DNA of 53,547 nucleotides, taken from contig NC_057751.1 of assembly GCF_004010195.1 (NCBI RefSeq), positions 16,339,108 through 16,392,654 on the forward strand. The letters are read 5' to 3'. Below are positions 33,750 through 45,739 of this stretch, piece by piece. The notes beneath the pieces are model-generated. The model ran no database searches. It was not told the origin of the DNA and saw only the letters and a list, made by a program, of their open reading frames with translations. How positions within the stretch are numbered: position 1 is the first letter of the stretch; every line of letters starts with the position of its first letter. This DNA is from Chiloscyllium plagiosum. Its lineage: Eukaryota. A program made the position numbers and the translations under genes.

Positions 33750-34464
33750 ACCACTCACCCTCTCCATCGTCGCCTGTTGACACCTTCTTTGTGGCTTGCT
33801 CCTGGTCACGTGGCTAGCAGCAAACGAGGGGGGGGGGTGCTCCCCCCCCCCCCAGGCGCACCGCGCAGGCGCAGCCCGTCCGTCCTGTGTGACGCCAGTG
33901 GGGGTGTGGGGAGGGAGGGAGACGCGATGACGCAAGGGCGCATGCCCTTCCGCGGGGGCGGGCGGTCGGGCGGGGAGAGGGCTGCGCACGCGCGCTCCTG
34001 GCGGGGTGCGCGCACGGCCGACCACGCCCCGCTTTCGGCAGGCAGGCGTGCGTGCGTGCGCGCACGCTGGTTCCCATGTCATTGGCGGTCAGCGCCGGCT
34101 GTGAAGGGGACGGAGGGAAGCATTGTCTGCCCCGGGAGAGGAGAGGAGTCGAGTGTCGGAAAATTTAAAAAAGAAATAAGGGAGGAGGGGCTCGTTCGTG
34201 AATTGCTTTTATTCCCCCCCCCAACCACCTTCTTCGTTATCACAGTGGCTTCCAAGGCATCGGGTAAGTGCATACGACGCGAAGCCGGTGAATTGATTCT
34301 TTCCTCACCCTCCCGCCTAAACTCTCCATCCTCTCCGTTATCGGGGGTGACCGGGGGGTGGGGGTGGGGGGAGAGTCTGAAGCCGGTGGGTGTGGGGCGG
34401 AAACACGTCACTCGGCCACCCGCCCCCCCCCCCAAGCCCAAACGTTCCGCGGGCGCCGGCCCCG
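33750..34464. promoter_or_regulatory. CpG-island promoter of OGDH, probably bidirectional
   Basis: Very CpG-rich. CACGTG (33807), TGACGC half-CREs, NRF1-like gcgcatgc/tgcgcacgcgc/gcgtgcgcgca, GC boxes and ATTGG (34081). Outward-facing donors at 34264 (+) and 33758 (-). Confidence 0.85.
34100..34263 (+). other. OGDH: Probable OGDH non-coding exon 1 (start approximate)
   Basis: Strong donor CGG|GTAAGT at 34263/34264 inside the CpG island. The OGDH coding exon has an acceptor upstream of its ATG. Confidence 0.65.
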
Positions 34465-35739
34465 NNNNNNNNNNNNNNNNNNNNNNNNNNNNNNNNNNNN
34501 NNNNNNNNNNNNNNNNNNNNNNNNNNNNNNNNNNNNNNNNNNNNNNNNNNNNNNNNNNNNNNNNNNNNNNNNNNNNNNNNNNNNNNNNNNNNNNNNNNNN
34601 NNNNNNNNNNNNNNNNNNNNNNNNNNNNNNNNNNNNNNNNNNNNNNNNNNNNNNNNNNNNNNNNNNNNNNNNNNNNNNNNNNNNNNNNNNNNNNNNNNNN
34701 NNNNNNNNNNNNNNNNNNNNNNNNNNNNNNNNNNNNNNNNNNNNNNNNNNNNNNNNNNNNNNNNNNNNNNNNNNNNNNNNNNNNNNNNNNNNNNNNNNNN
34801 NNNNNNNNNNNNNNNNNNNNNNNNNNNNNNNNNNNNNNNNNNNNNNNNNNNNNNNNNNNNNNNNNNNNNNNNNNNNNNNNNNNNNNNNNNNNNNNNNNNN
34901 NNNNNNNNNNNNNNNNNNNNNNNNNNNNNNNNNNNNNNNNNNNNNNNNNNNNNNNNNNNNNNNNNNNNNNNNNNNNNNNNNNNNNNNNNNNNNNNNNNNN
35001 NNNNNNNNNNNNNNNNNNNNNNNNNNNNNNNNNNNNNNNNNNNNNNNNNNNNNNNNNNNNNNNNNNNNNNNNNNNNNNNNNNNNNNNNCCCCACGTCCCC
35101 AAGGCCTGGTCACTTACCGACCGTCCCCTGTCTACCTTCACCTTGACACAGGCAAGCGGAGGCCACTCTGCCCTTTTCCCAAATTGAGTGTACAGCCCGA
35201 AGCCTGGGTGTCTTATTGACCCCCTGCCAGCTGGGTTTCCCTTGGGAGGAAAGCAGGAGAGGCCACTCTACGCTGCCAGCCTGCCAACCCCTTACCGAAC
35301 TGACCCTCCCGTCCCAAATTCACCTTGACAAAGATTGCAGGAGGCCGCTCTACTCTTCCTGCATTGTCTTCTCCACCTGTCATTCAGCACGGGGACTGGG
35401 CGGCTTATAAACCTCTCCTCAAGCTGGTTTCGCTTTAACAAAAGCAGAAGTAGACCACTTTGCTTTTCTAGTCCGCTACCTCCGCTTTGAGGGAATGTCC
35501 CAAGGTCTGGGTGACTTGCTGAGTTTCCCAATCCAGCTTAACCTTGAGAAAAACAGGAGAGCACACTCTGTACGCTACCAACCTTCTCAGTCCCTATCGC
35601 TGTTGAGACTGCCTGACCTTGCGTTCTCCAGCACTTATTGTTTTTACCTCTTATTTTGAAGCTGTTAGAGTCTCCCCATTTGAGGGGAAGCATTTCCCCT
35701 GTCAAGTCCCCTTAAGACCTTTTATGCTTCAGTAAAATA

Positions 35740-36370
35740 GAAATACTCAGCACGGAAACAGACCCTTTGGTTCAACTCGTCCATGCTGACCAGTTATCCT
35801 AGATTAATCTATTCCCATTTGCCAGCACTTGGCCCATATCCCTTTAAACCTTTCTTATTCGTATACCCATTCAGGTGCATTTTGAATGTTGTAATTGTAC
35901 CAGCCTCCACCACTTCCTCTGGCATACACACGTCACCCTTTGCATGTAAAAGTTGCCCCTCAGATCCCTTTTACATCTTTCCCCTCTCACCCTAAACCTA
36001 TGCCCAATAGTTCTGGATGACTTCACCCCAGGGAAAAGACTTTATCTGTTTCCCATATCCATGCCCTTCATGATTTTATAAACTCCCTCAGCCTCCAACG
36101 CTCCAGGAAAAACAGTCCCCAGCCTATTCAGCCTCTCCCTGTAGCTCAAACCCCACAACCCTGGCAACAGCCTTGTAAACCTTTGGTCACAGGCCTTCAC
36201 CACCACCCTCTGTCTTCTACTTTTGAGCCAGTTCTGTTTCTAAATGGTTAGTTGTCCCTGTATTCCATGTGATCTAACCAGTCTACTATGAGGAACCTTG
36301 TCGAAAGCCTTACTGAAGTCCATATAGATCATGTCCCTCTTCCCTCATCAATCCTCTTAGTTACTTCTTC
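35740..36370 (-). mobile_element. CR1 LINE fragments
   Basis: Family 3' UTR and an RT fragment (gaaccttgtcgaaagccttactgaagtcc is the reverse complement of DFSKAFDKV). Confidence 0.88.
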
Positions 36371-39300
36371 AGACATGCTGCTGGAGTAGCAGAGGCTTAG
36401 CCCAAAACAGGCCTGTTTTCCAGCTCTGGTTCCCACACTGTAGGACGATCTGGCACACTTTGTGCTGTTTTGGTCTCCCTTTTTTATATAAGCATGTTCT
36501 TCAGTGTTAGAGGCAGTTCAGGGAAGGTTCACTGGACTCCTGGGAAAGGGAGGAGGGAGGTTATTTTATGCAGGAAAGGTTGCACCTGTATCTGGTGGAC
36601 ATTCACAGTGTGAATTCTGTCCCTTTCACAAGATCCAGTTCCATCCTTCGAAGGTCCAGTCCACCCAGTCTTTTCTCATCCGGCAGCCCCGCTCTGCCAG
36701 AAATCAGTCCAGTGCTCCTGGACGTTTGGAATGTCCCAGTCTGCGACATTTGCTTGCGCCCAGCTCTTTGCGCTGGAAGACGAGCATGTTTTGGGCTAAG
36801 TCTCTGATCCTCCGGCAGCAGTTCATGTTTGCCTTGACCCGTGACCCCAGCACCACAGCAGGAACTGGGTCTTGGGGGCAGTGAACCGTGAGAGAGCAAG
36901 TGAGAGGTGTGAGTGGCTGTTTCCTCCCCACCAGACCCGCCTCGAGGGCAGTGCCGTGGAAGGGGTCCAGTGGTCAGGCTCCTTCTTGGCACTTACTCAG
37001 GAGCTGAGGTCCTCTGCTGGGGGTCTTTAATAGTCGGCTGGTCAGAGAGCGCCATCTGACAGGACCCAGCACCTTCTCCAACCGATCCTTGTTGTGAAGT
37101 GCACCTGAGAGCTGTGGAGTTTTTCTGCATCTTAGTTGAGGGAAGCGCCCGAAGGGAAACTAAATTTGAGGCCCACGAGAGGCCTATTGAGCCTGAGCGG
37201 ACACATCAGTGCTCATCCCACTTCCCAGCATTTGGCCCACAGCCTTGAATGTTATGACATGTCAAGTGCTCCTTTACTTACATTTCTTTGTGAGGTTTCC
37301 TGCCTCAACGATCCTCCCAGGCAGTGCATTCCAGACCCTCTGGGTGAAATAAATATTTCTTCAAATCCCTCTAACCCTCTGGCCTTTCACTTTAAAATTA
37401 TGGCCCTTGTTATTGACCCTTAGCCCTTGTTATACGCAAAGAGGAACAGCTGCTTTCTATACACTATGTCCAACCTTACACACCTCGTGTCAGGTCGTCC
37501 CCTCCCCTCCCGAACAACACAAGCTTATCCAGCCTCCTTTCACTGCTAAACTACTCCATCCCAGACAACACCTTCTGCACCCCGTCTGGTGCAGTCCCAC
37601 CACTGCTAAGCTACTCCATCCCTGCTTTCAGGGATCTGTGGGCACCCCCACTCTCCCCAATCCCTCCGTTTCTCTTGAGCTCCCTTGTGTTTTAAGTTGG
37701 TTTGCACTTGTAGAATCAGTAATTGGTTTGCCATTCTGTCTATTGGAAACCGCTCTCGCTCTCGCTCTGTGTGTGTTATCCTGCCCTCGGACCTAAGCGG
37801 CTGCCCCAGGACTTGGAGAACCTTGTCAAGTCTCAGAGGTTCAAAGCGTTGTGCCAGGAGCACAATCTCTTAAACACAGAGTAGCATTGGAAGGGGGAAC
37901 GTTTTGTTCATTGTACACAGTGTCGGGACAGTTGGGCCGAGACTGGTGCGCCTACTCTCGGGCTGTGGGCCCGTCTGACTTGTCAGCCCAGATAGGAATG
38001 AGATTGCCCAATCCGCCACTACAAGGAATGCTACACAGCTGCACTGCGATGAATCACTTCACTCCAGAACTGCAGTCGTGACAGAAGCTCTTGGAAGAGC
38101 TCTCCTCCCTCCCGACCCCAATCCAAGGAGGTAACTGTTTATTTTAGCGAAAGGCGTTGGGGCTGGGTGTCTCTAAGGCAGCGGGTGTAAGAGTGGAGGC
38201 GTTTGCACCAGCTCCCCTTCCTGTGAGAGGTGGCTGTGAAAGAGTCGCAGTGGGGTGAATGGTCGGCAGGTCAGTCTCTCGGGGGGGGGGGGGGGGGGGG
38301 GTGTGTGCTGGACGGACAAGTGAGCTGGAGCCAGCAGAGGGTGGGAGTTGGCAGCTCAGTCCTGGCTCTCTCACCCACTCGGCTCTGTCACAAGTTGAAC
38401 GCAGTGCTGGAACAGAAATCCATGGAGGAATTGGACCCAGGCAAGAATGGGTTAGGAGGGTTCAGTTGTACCTGGGTAGGGGGTGCAAATGTCTTCTGAA
38501 AGCAGTGATTGTAACACCCAAAGATAGAAGTGTAGGCAGCGAGAGCTGGCTGTGAACCTGCCAGGGATTCTGCCTTGCCTGTTCCGGGGAGTGCAGCACT
38601 ATGAGGGTCTTTTTAGCACCAATTCACTGCAAGGGGGCAACCTTTCTTAAATGATCGAGTGGCACGTGGGCTGGGTTTCACCCATCGCTAATTAACCTCG
38701 GGTCCCTCACCCATTACAAAGCACAGTTAAGAGTCAGTCCCATTGCTGTGGTCTGGAGTCACATGTGGGCCTGGACTGGGTAAGGATGGCAGATTATGAT
38801 ATTTAAGGGGCATCTGGATGGGTATATGAATAGGAAGGGTTTGGAGGGATATGGGCCGGGTACTGGCAGATGGGACTGAGTTAATTTAGGATATCTGGTC
38901 GGCATGGACAAGTTGGACTGAAGGTCCACGCTGTGTTTCCACGCTGTGCATGTCAATAACTCTAGTTAACCCGATGGGTCTTTACAAGAGTCAGTGACTG
39001 AGACTACCTTTCCATTCTGGCTGTTTATGAACTTGAATTTAAATGCTGCTGGCTGCTGTGGCCGGGGTCTGAACGAGCACATGGCACCTCACTCAGTCTC
39101 AACCCAGCCCTGTGGAGTCCTAGTCCAGTGGCATTGCCTTCGCCTCTCCCCACCTTCCCTTCGGGCCCGTTGCCAAGTGAGGCACAAATGTGTCTGTGAC
39201 CTTGTGGCTGAGGATTTGAGTGGGGGGGGTGTGGCGCTGAGATTCCTCTGCATGTCGTTTGGAGCTATTTGAGGGTGGTGTGGACGGCTTTGTGGGATCC

Positions 39301-40979
39301 ACACCCTCGGGTGTTAGTGCAGGATCCGGAAGGCCAAGATCAGATCCTGTTTATTCCCGAAGGAAGCCGTCTCTCGGGTTGTAACCTACCTATTAAGTGT
39401 CTGCGTCAGTGCCTACTGAGTGGGGATGCAGGTTCCCAAGCATGGAAACAAATTGGGGAGAGCATTAACCCCCGGCGCTGTACTCTCCTGCTAACTGGGC
39501 GGGTTGCGACCTGCTTTTGTGAAATAACGCTGAGTATTTGACTTTGAAGGTTAAGCTGTAGGCTCTGTACCGTGATCCAAAACGAGTTGTTTGTTTGTGT
39601 GTGTGGTTGCATGGTGAGGTGTGGTAAATAATACAGAGGCTGTTGATTGGAATTAATTCTTTGGTCAGCCAGCTTCGTCCTGGTCTGAATAACTTGTTGC
39701 TGATTGCACACCGAGGCAAAGAGCAGGAAGATTGAGCCCTGCACTACGGCACAATCAACTGCAATTTGATATTGCGATATGCTGCCTGTGTAGTGGTGCC
39801 TGCGTAAGATCTCTTGTGAGTCACTGCTCCGTGGGTGAGCGTGGATTGAACTGTGTGTTTCACGTGAGCTGTCAGACATTGGACCCTGATGTTCTGAACC
39901 AGAGAGCTATTTATCTGGGTCTCTGGAGTTCAAAGTGTGAACTTGATTGCACTCTGGGGCTGATTGCAGGCTGAATCAAGGCTCATGCAGTAAAACCACT
40001 GGATGGGAATCTGAACCACTCCCCCATCTTCTCAAGGGGGCAGTTAGGGAGGAATGGGGGAGGGGGGGGCAGTAAACACTGCTGGCTATTGCCCACATCC
40101 CATGAGTGAGTGAATTTAAAAAAAAAAGTTCTGAGACTTTTGGGGAATGAGTGGTGTGGGGCAGTGCCTGAACCAAGTAAAAGCTGTTCCAAACTTTGTG
40201 ACCCCCTCATGAGATCTCACGGGCTGGCACAGGGAGTCAAGAAATAGTCCCCTCTCTTTGTCCGGCCCTTGGCTGATGGACTCCCGGGTCCGGTGAAACT
40301 GAAACTATTGACTCGCTGGGCCCAGTGCACTGTAGTCTGTGACTCCCTGCCCCTCACCCCCTGGTTCATTGTTGCCGGTGCTGTGTCGTCATAATTGTCA
40401 CCGAGTACAACTGTGTGAACAGTTTGAGGCAAAGTTTCTCTCTCTCACAGCAAAGCATATCTCCTTCCTGGTCCCTCCCTGGGGGCTCATGCTGGGGGGA
40501 GGGGGTTACCGTTCTCCAGTCTGTGCCCCCTCTGCTTTGTCCAGGTGCCCGTTCTGGATGACCAGGCTGAACCGTGACGGTGGACAGCAGCCCCAGGGCT
40601 GGCAGTCACTCAGTCCTCTGCGTCTCCCACCCCACCTCCCGAAGCGCAGCACCCTCCTGTTCCCCACCTGGTTGCCGGTCCTTGCCCTTCTGTGACCCCC
40701 CCCCCCCCCCCCAGCCTCACGATTTGCCCCCCTCCCGTCCCAAAATGCCAGCCGCTGGAAGCTACGGCTGCCCTCCGTCCTCCCTCAGACCCTGCGGCGA
40801 AAGGTTGTGCAAAAATTGGGTACTTTGAGCTCACCGTTTTTATTTTAGAGCATTTTTAAACTGTTGTTTTTACTTTTTTTCCTTGTTTGCATGGCTGCAT
40901 TGCTAACTGGACCACCTTTTCTCTTTGTGTTTCATGACTTCCAGCAGAGCTGTGGTGAGATCAGGAGGCAAAAACAAAA

Positions 40980-41201
40980 ATGCATCGATTAAGGACTTGT
41001 GCTGCTAAGCTGAGGCCACTGACGGCCTCTCAGACTGCTAAAACATTATCACACAATGGGCCAGTAGTGTCTAGGACGTTTCAGCAAGGTCGCTTCTACA
41101 CAGCGCCTGTGGCAGCTGAGCCCTTTCTGAGCGGGACTAGTTCGAACTATGTTGAGGAAATGTACTTTGCGTGGCTTGAGAATCCACAGAGTGTTCATAA
41201 G
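40980..41201 (+). CDS. OGDH: 2-oxoglutarate dehydrogenase E1, first coding exon (74 codons; mitochondrial presequence)
   Basis: [24 protein letters not shown]...[35 protein letters not shown], the characteristic OGDH N-terminus. Acceptor ttccAG(CAG) at 40944/40947 and donor AAG|GTAAGC at 41201. No further OGDH exon was recognised in the window. Confidence 0.97.
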
Positions 41202-44129
41202 GTAAGCCCCCGACCGCCCCCCTCGCTCTGTGTCTGCCCAGAGGAAAGCTCTCCGCTGCCAGGTAAGTGTTCAGGACGGTTTGCAGCAACCTCTGGAGAG
41301 AGAACAGGGGCACCTCACTCACTTTGTCGTTCCCTTTCTGCACGTCCCCTTGCGGAGAAGAGAGACCGCCCATTGGTGAAATCACTGCGGTGTCGGTGGA
41401 TTATAACCTGCGGCTCGGCCAAGATTTTGAGCAACTGGATCGTCTTGACCCGGAGTTGTCCAGCAAAGCTGCCTTTGGGGGTTCTGGTTGCTTTAAAAAA
41501 AAGCATAGAATGGCATCAAAGATTAAAAAGCCATCAGGATCTCTCGTCAAAAGATGTTCTAAGTGGCTCCGGAAACCGACGCCTGATTCACGAGTTCTGT
41601 ATTGTGTTGCTTCTTGAAGCAAAAACGGTTTTTGAAACAAAATGCTTTAATACTGCTGATAGGAGACACTTTACTGAAGTTGCCTTTGTCAGGACACGTG
41701 CAAGAATGCCAAATTTCAAATGATTGCACAATCCCTTCAACAACGCATGCTCCCACAGAACCCCATTTCCTTTCTCAGTGGCAACACCATGGCCAGAGTC
41801 AGCTTGCCAACCAGTTGACACCCTTCTGCCCTGTGGTATAAATTGGCACGGCAGTCTGAAATTTGCCACTCTTGCAAGTGTCCTGATGAGTGAGAGAGAG
41901 AGAGCACTTTGGTAATGTCTCTCTCCTCGAGACACAAGTTCTGTTCTACAAAATGACCTTTCAAAAATCTGTACCGAAGTGTTGTGGGGGATGAGGGCAC
42001 GCAAACATACTGGAATGTGAACTCCAGAAGAATTGAAAGGGGGTTCCGAATAAGTAGGTGCAAAATGGAAGGCTGATCTGAGACCACCTTTTACAGGTGG
42101 CGGGGGAGCCTGTTTCTTTACAAATACTTGCAGTGCCTGTGGGAAAGTGAGCTGATGGAGACACGGCAGTTGAGAGGTAGTCTGAAATATTCGATTGGAG
42201 AAACATGAGGCCATTTTAACTGCACAATCGGCTGGCACTCACTTAATAGCTCTTGGTCTGTGGCCCTGGAGGTCAAGGCTTTTCAAGTGTGCCCCCAAAT
42301 AGTTCCTAAATAACGAGGATCTCATTCTTGACAGCCCCCTCCCACTCCCTTCAGACATTGAGGCCCAGATCTCCTGCACTGTCTGTGTGTAACATAATTA
42401 CAATGCTAACCCTTTGTATCACCTTGTTCTGAATCTCTGCCCTCAGGTTAGTTAGTCTGTGCTCAATGACATGAGTCCTCCTTCTCATACCTGTCTCAGC
42501 CCCTCATCATTTTCCCCACTCTGTTAGCTCTCCCCTGTGAGGATGGAAGTGCACCGTCATATCCAATCTTCTCTCGTGTTTCAAACTATTCTCGAGTCTT
42601 TGCAATCGTGTAAAGACATAACATGAGGAAACAAACCAGTAAGAGGTCATTGGGTCTGCCCTGCCTACTCAGACGTCCTGGCTGATCTTGTGTGGCTCAG
42701 TTTTCCTATCTGTACTCCAGAACTCCCTTGTCACTCAAATCTATCCAACTCAACGCTGAATGTATTCAAAGACACAGCCTCCACTCTCTGGGCAAGAGAA
42801 TTCCTTTCGTATCAAAGCGTCTGAGTTGGGGAGAAAGGAAGCCCTGCTCCCGTCCATGAATTATTTCAAATCTCTCCCGCTCTAGATCTGGATTCCCGCA
42901 TTCTCTCTCCATCCACCCTGTCACATACCAACAGAATCAGATTTGTTTGAATAAGATCATCTCTCATTCCCCCAAACTCCCCGATGCGTGTGGGTGGAAT
43001 CTATTCTGCTGTTGTTGACGAGGCAAGCGTTGCCATCTGAGGAAGCAGTCAAGTGAACTTTCCCTGAGCTGTGCCATTATGACTGTCTCGTTTAAGGTGA
43101 CAAAGTCCACATCGATTACTGTAGGTGTGGTCTCTCCAACGTCCTGCGCCGTTTTCAAGAGGTTTCTCTGCTTTTTAAACCCCATTCATCTCACGAGAAA
43201 GGCCCACAACCCACTGACCTTCCTGATAACGTGCTGTGTACCTACATCTTTTGTGAATCGTGCACCAGGACACCCAGGTCCCCCTCTACCACAGCATTTT
43301 GCGATCGCTCCCATTTCTTCCTTTCCCTGTTCTTCCCACCAGAGTGGGCGACCTCCCATTCTTCCACTTTTCCCAATCTGCCACCTGCCCCCCCCCCAAC
43401 TCAGAGTCTTTTCCATAACTCCTTGAACACCTTGTAGATAACAGCTTGTTTTTCTATCTATATTCATATTTCAGCAATTTTAGCCACACCATAATGAACC
43501 TTCATCCAAACAGTTTAATGTAACTGGTAAATAGGTGAGGCCCGAGCTCTGATCCATGCGACGTTCCTTTTTTTTTTTGCTTCCTCACCCTGTGAATCTC
43601 CTGACCCTCTGCCTCCTGTGAGTTATTCAATCCTCCATCCATCCTGAACTAACTCTTTGTGCAGTAACCTTTTTATGTGGCCCCTCTGGTGCCTCACATC
43701 TACCAGTTCCCCTTTATCTAGCCTCCTTTGCTGCCACCTTCCTGTTTAAATCAGAGTCAGATTGGGTAAATTGAATTGTTGAATTGAATAATTGAACCGC
43801 CTCAGCGAAAATAAAAATTCTCTCTCCTCGGGGCCTTTAACGTGCGAGCGATCAGCCTTCCAGTGAAGTGACCAGCGGATCTCTGAACCACAAGTGAATT
43901 AATTGTACCCAGAGTATTTGATACCGCAGAGCAGTCTCTGGAATGCCTATCATGTTTTACCTGTTTGCCAGCTTTATCTGAAATGGGATGACCTGATCAG
44001 GTTACTTGAGAGCTGTCCATGATTTGCGATACATGAATGAGCGCAATTTGAGGGTAGGAAGGATGCATTTCAGTTAGCGCTGGGCCACTTAGTTTGCGTT
44101 GGACTTCAGAAGCGATGTGCTCTGGGGCC

Positions 44130-44590
44130 CCAGTTGTATATAGGAAGGCGGTTACTAAACTTGAAAGGGTGCAGAGAAAGCTGTACAAAGATGTCACTGA
44201 GACTGGAGGGCTTAAGCAGAGGCTGGGACTTGGGTCCCTGCACTGTCAGAGGCTGAGGGGTGACCTTACAGTGGTTTATAAAATCATGAGGGGCATGGGT
44301 ACAGTGACTAGACCAAGGTCTTCGCACTTGGGTAGGGGAGTCCAAATCTAGAGGGCCAAGGTTTAAGGGGAAAGGGATCTGAGGGGCAACTTCACACACA
44401 GGCTGGTGTGTGCAAAGGACGATCTGTCAGGAAGTGCTAGAGGCTGGTACAATTTCAACATGCAAAAGACATTTGGGCAGGTAGATGGATAGGAAGGGTT
44501 TAGAGGGGTATGGGCCAAACATAGGCCACTGAGGTTAGTTAGGTTGAGGAATTCTGGTCGGCATGCTGAGTTGGGCTGAAGGGTCTGACT
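44130..44590 (+). mobile_element. Degenerate CR1 3' fragment
   Basis: YRKAVTKLERVQRK...RLRGDLTVVYKIMRGM. Confidence 0.85.
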
Positions 44591-44867
44591 AGGTTTCAGC
44601 CAGGCTGAGCCTTCAGTGCAGCACCACCTTGCTAAATGATCACTGATCTGATTGACGTGCCCTGCAAATTGCAAGCTAGCCCAGCAGTGATGTTTGTACC
44701 TTCTCAGACAATTCATCAATCCATGGACCCCCCCCTCCCCCCAGGTGTGAAAGTGATAAGTATACAGAACGAAGTGCAGCCTGTCCCGTCTAAATGCAGG
44801 TGTTCTTCAAATATTTTCAATTGCTGCCTCTGGTCATCGGCAGGCAGGTTAGCCTGCCTTTCCAATT

Positions 44868-45512
44868 GTCATAGAGATGTACAGCACAGGAACAGACCCT
44901 TCGGTCCAACCCGTCCATGCCGACCCAGATATCCCAACCCGATCTAGTCCCACCTGCCAGCACCCGGCCCATATCCCTCCAAACCCTTCCTATTCATATA
45001 CCCATCCAAATGCCTCTTAAATGTTGCCATTGTACCAGCCTCCCCAACTTCCTCTGGCAGCTCATTCCATACACATACCACCCTCTGTGTGAAAAAGTTG
45101 CCCTTTAGGTCTCTCTTTATATCTTTCGCCTCTCTCCCTAAACCTATGCCCCTCTAGTTCTGGACTCTCCCACCCCAGGGAAAAGACTTTGCCTGTTTAT
45201 CCTATCCATGCCCCCTCATGATTTTATAAACCTCTACGAGGTCACCCCTCAGCCTCCAACGCTCCAGGGCAAACAGCCCCAGCCTATTCAGCCTCTCCCT
45301 GTAGCTCAAACCCTCCAACCCTGGCAACATCCTTGTAAATCTTTTCTGAACCCTTTCAAGTTTCACAACATCTTTCCGATAGGAAGGAGACCAGAATTGC
45401 GCGCAATATTCCAACAGTGGCCCAATCAATGTCCTGTACAGCCCCGACATGACCTCCCAACTCAATACTCTGACCAATAAAGGAAAGCATACCAAACGCC
45501 GCCTTCACTATC
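44868..45512 (-). mobile_element. CR1 LINE 3' fragment
   Basis: LEYCAQFWSPSYRKDVVKLERVQKRFTRMLPGLEGLSYRERL. Confidence 0.94.
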
Positions 45513-45739
45513 CTGAGAGGGGTGTGTAAGATTGGGGGGCGGGGGGGTGGAGACAAAGCTGTTGCTCCACAAAGCAGTAGTTTGTCAACAGCATACTGAT
45601 GATTCTGTACACAAGCCCTGAACTGGAGGCGGTGGAAGGGTTGGCATCAACTGAGCAACGTTGGCTCTTGGCCTGGTTCCAAGAAAGCACATTGTTACAG
45701 AATCTGATGCAATGAAGCTGAGGTTGGATAAACTAAAGC

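Noticed and set aside
8450-33750. Expected neighbours TMEM127, TMED4 or DDX56
   Set aside because: No matching peptide was recognised on either strand.
41202-41723. C-terminal 173 aa of the 247-aa OGDH ORF
   Set aside because: Read-through into the intron past the AAG|GTAAGC donor; similarity to OGDH ends at SVHK.
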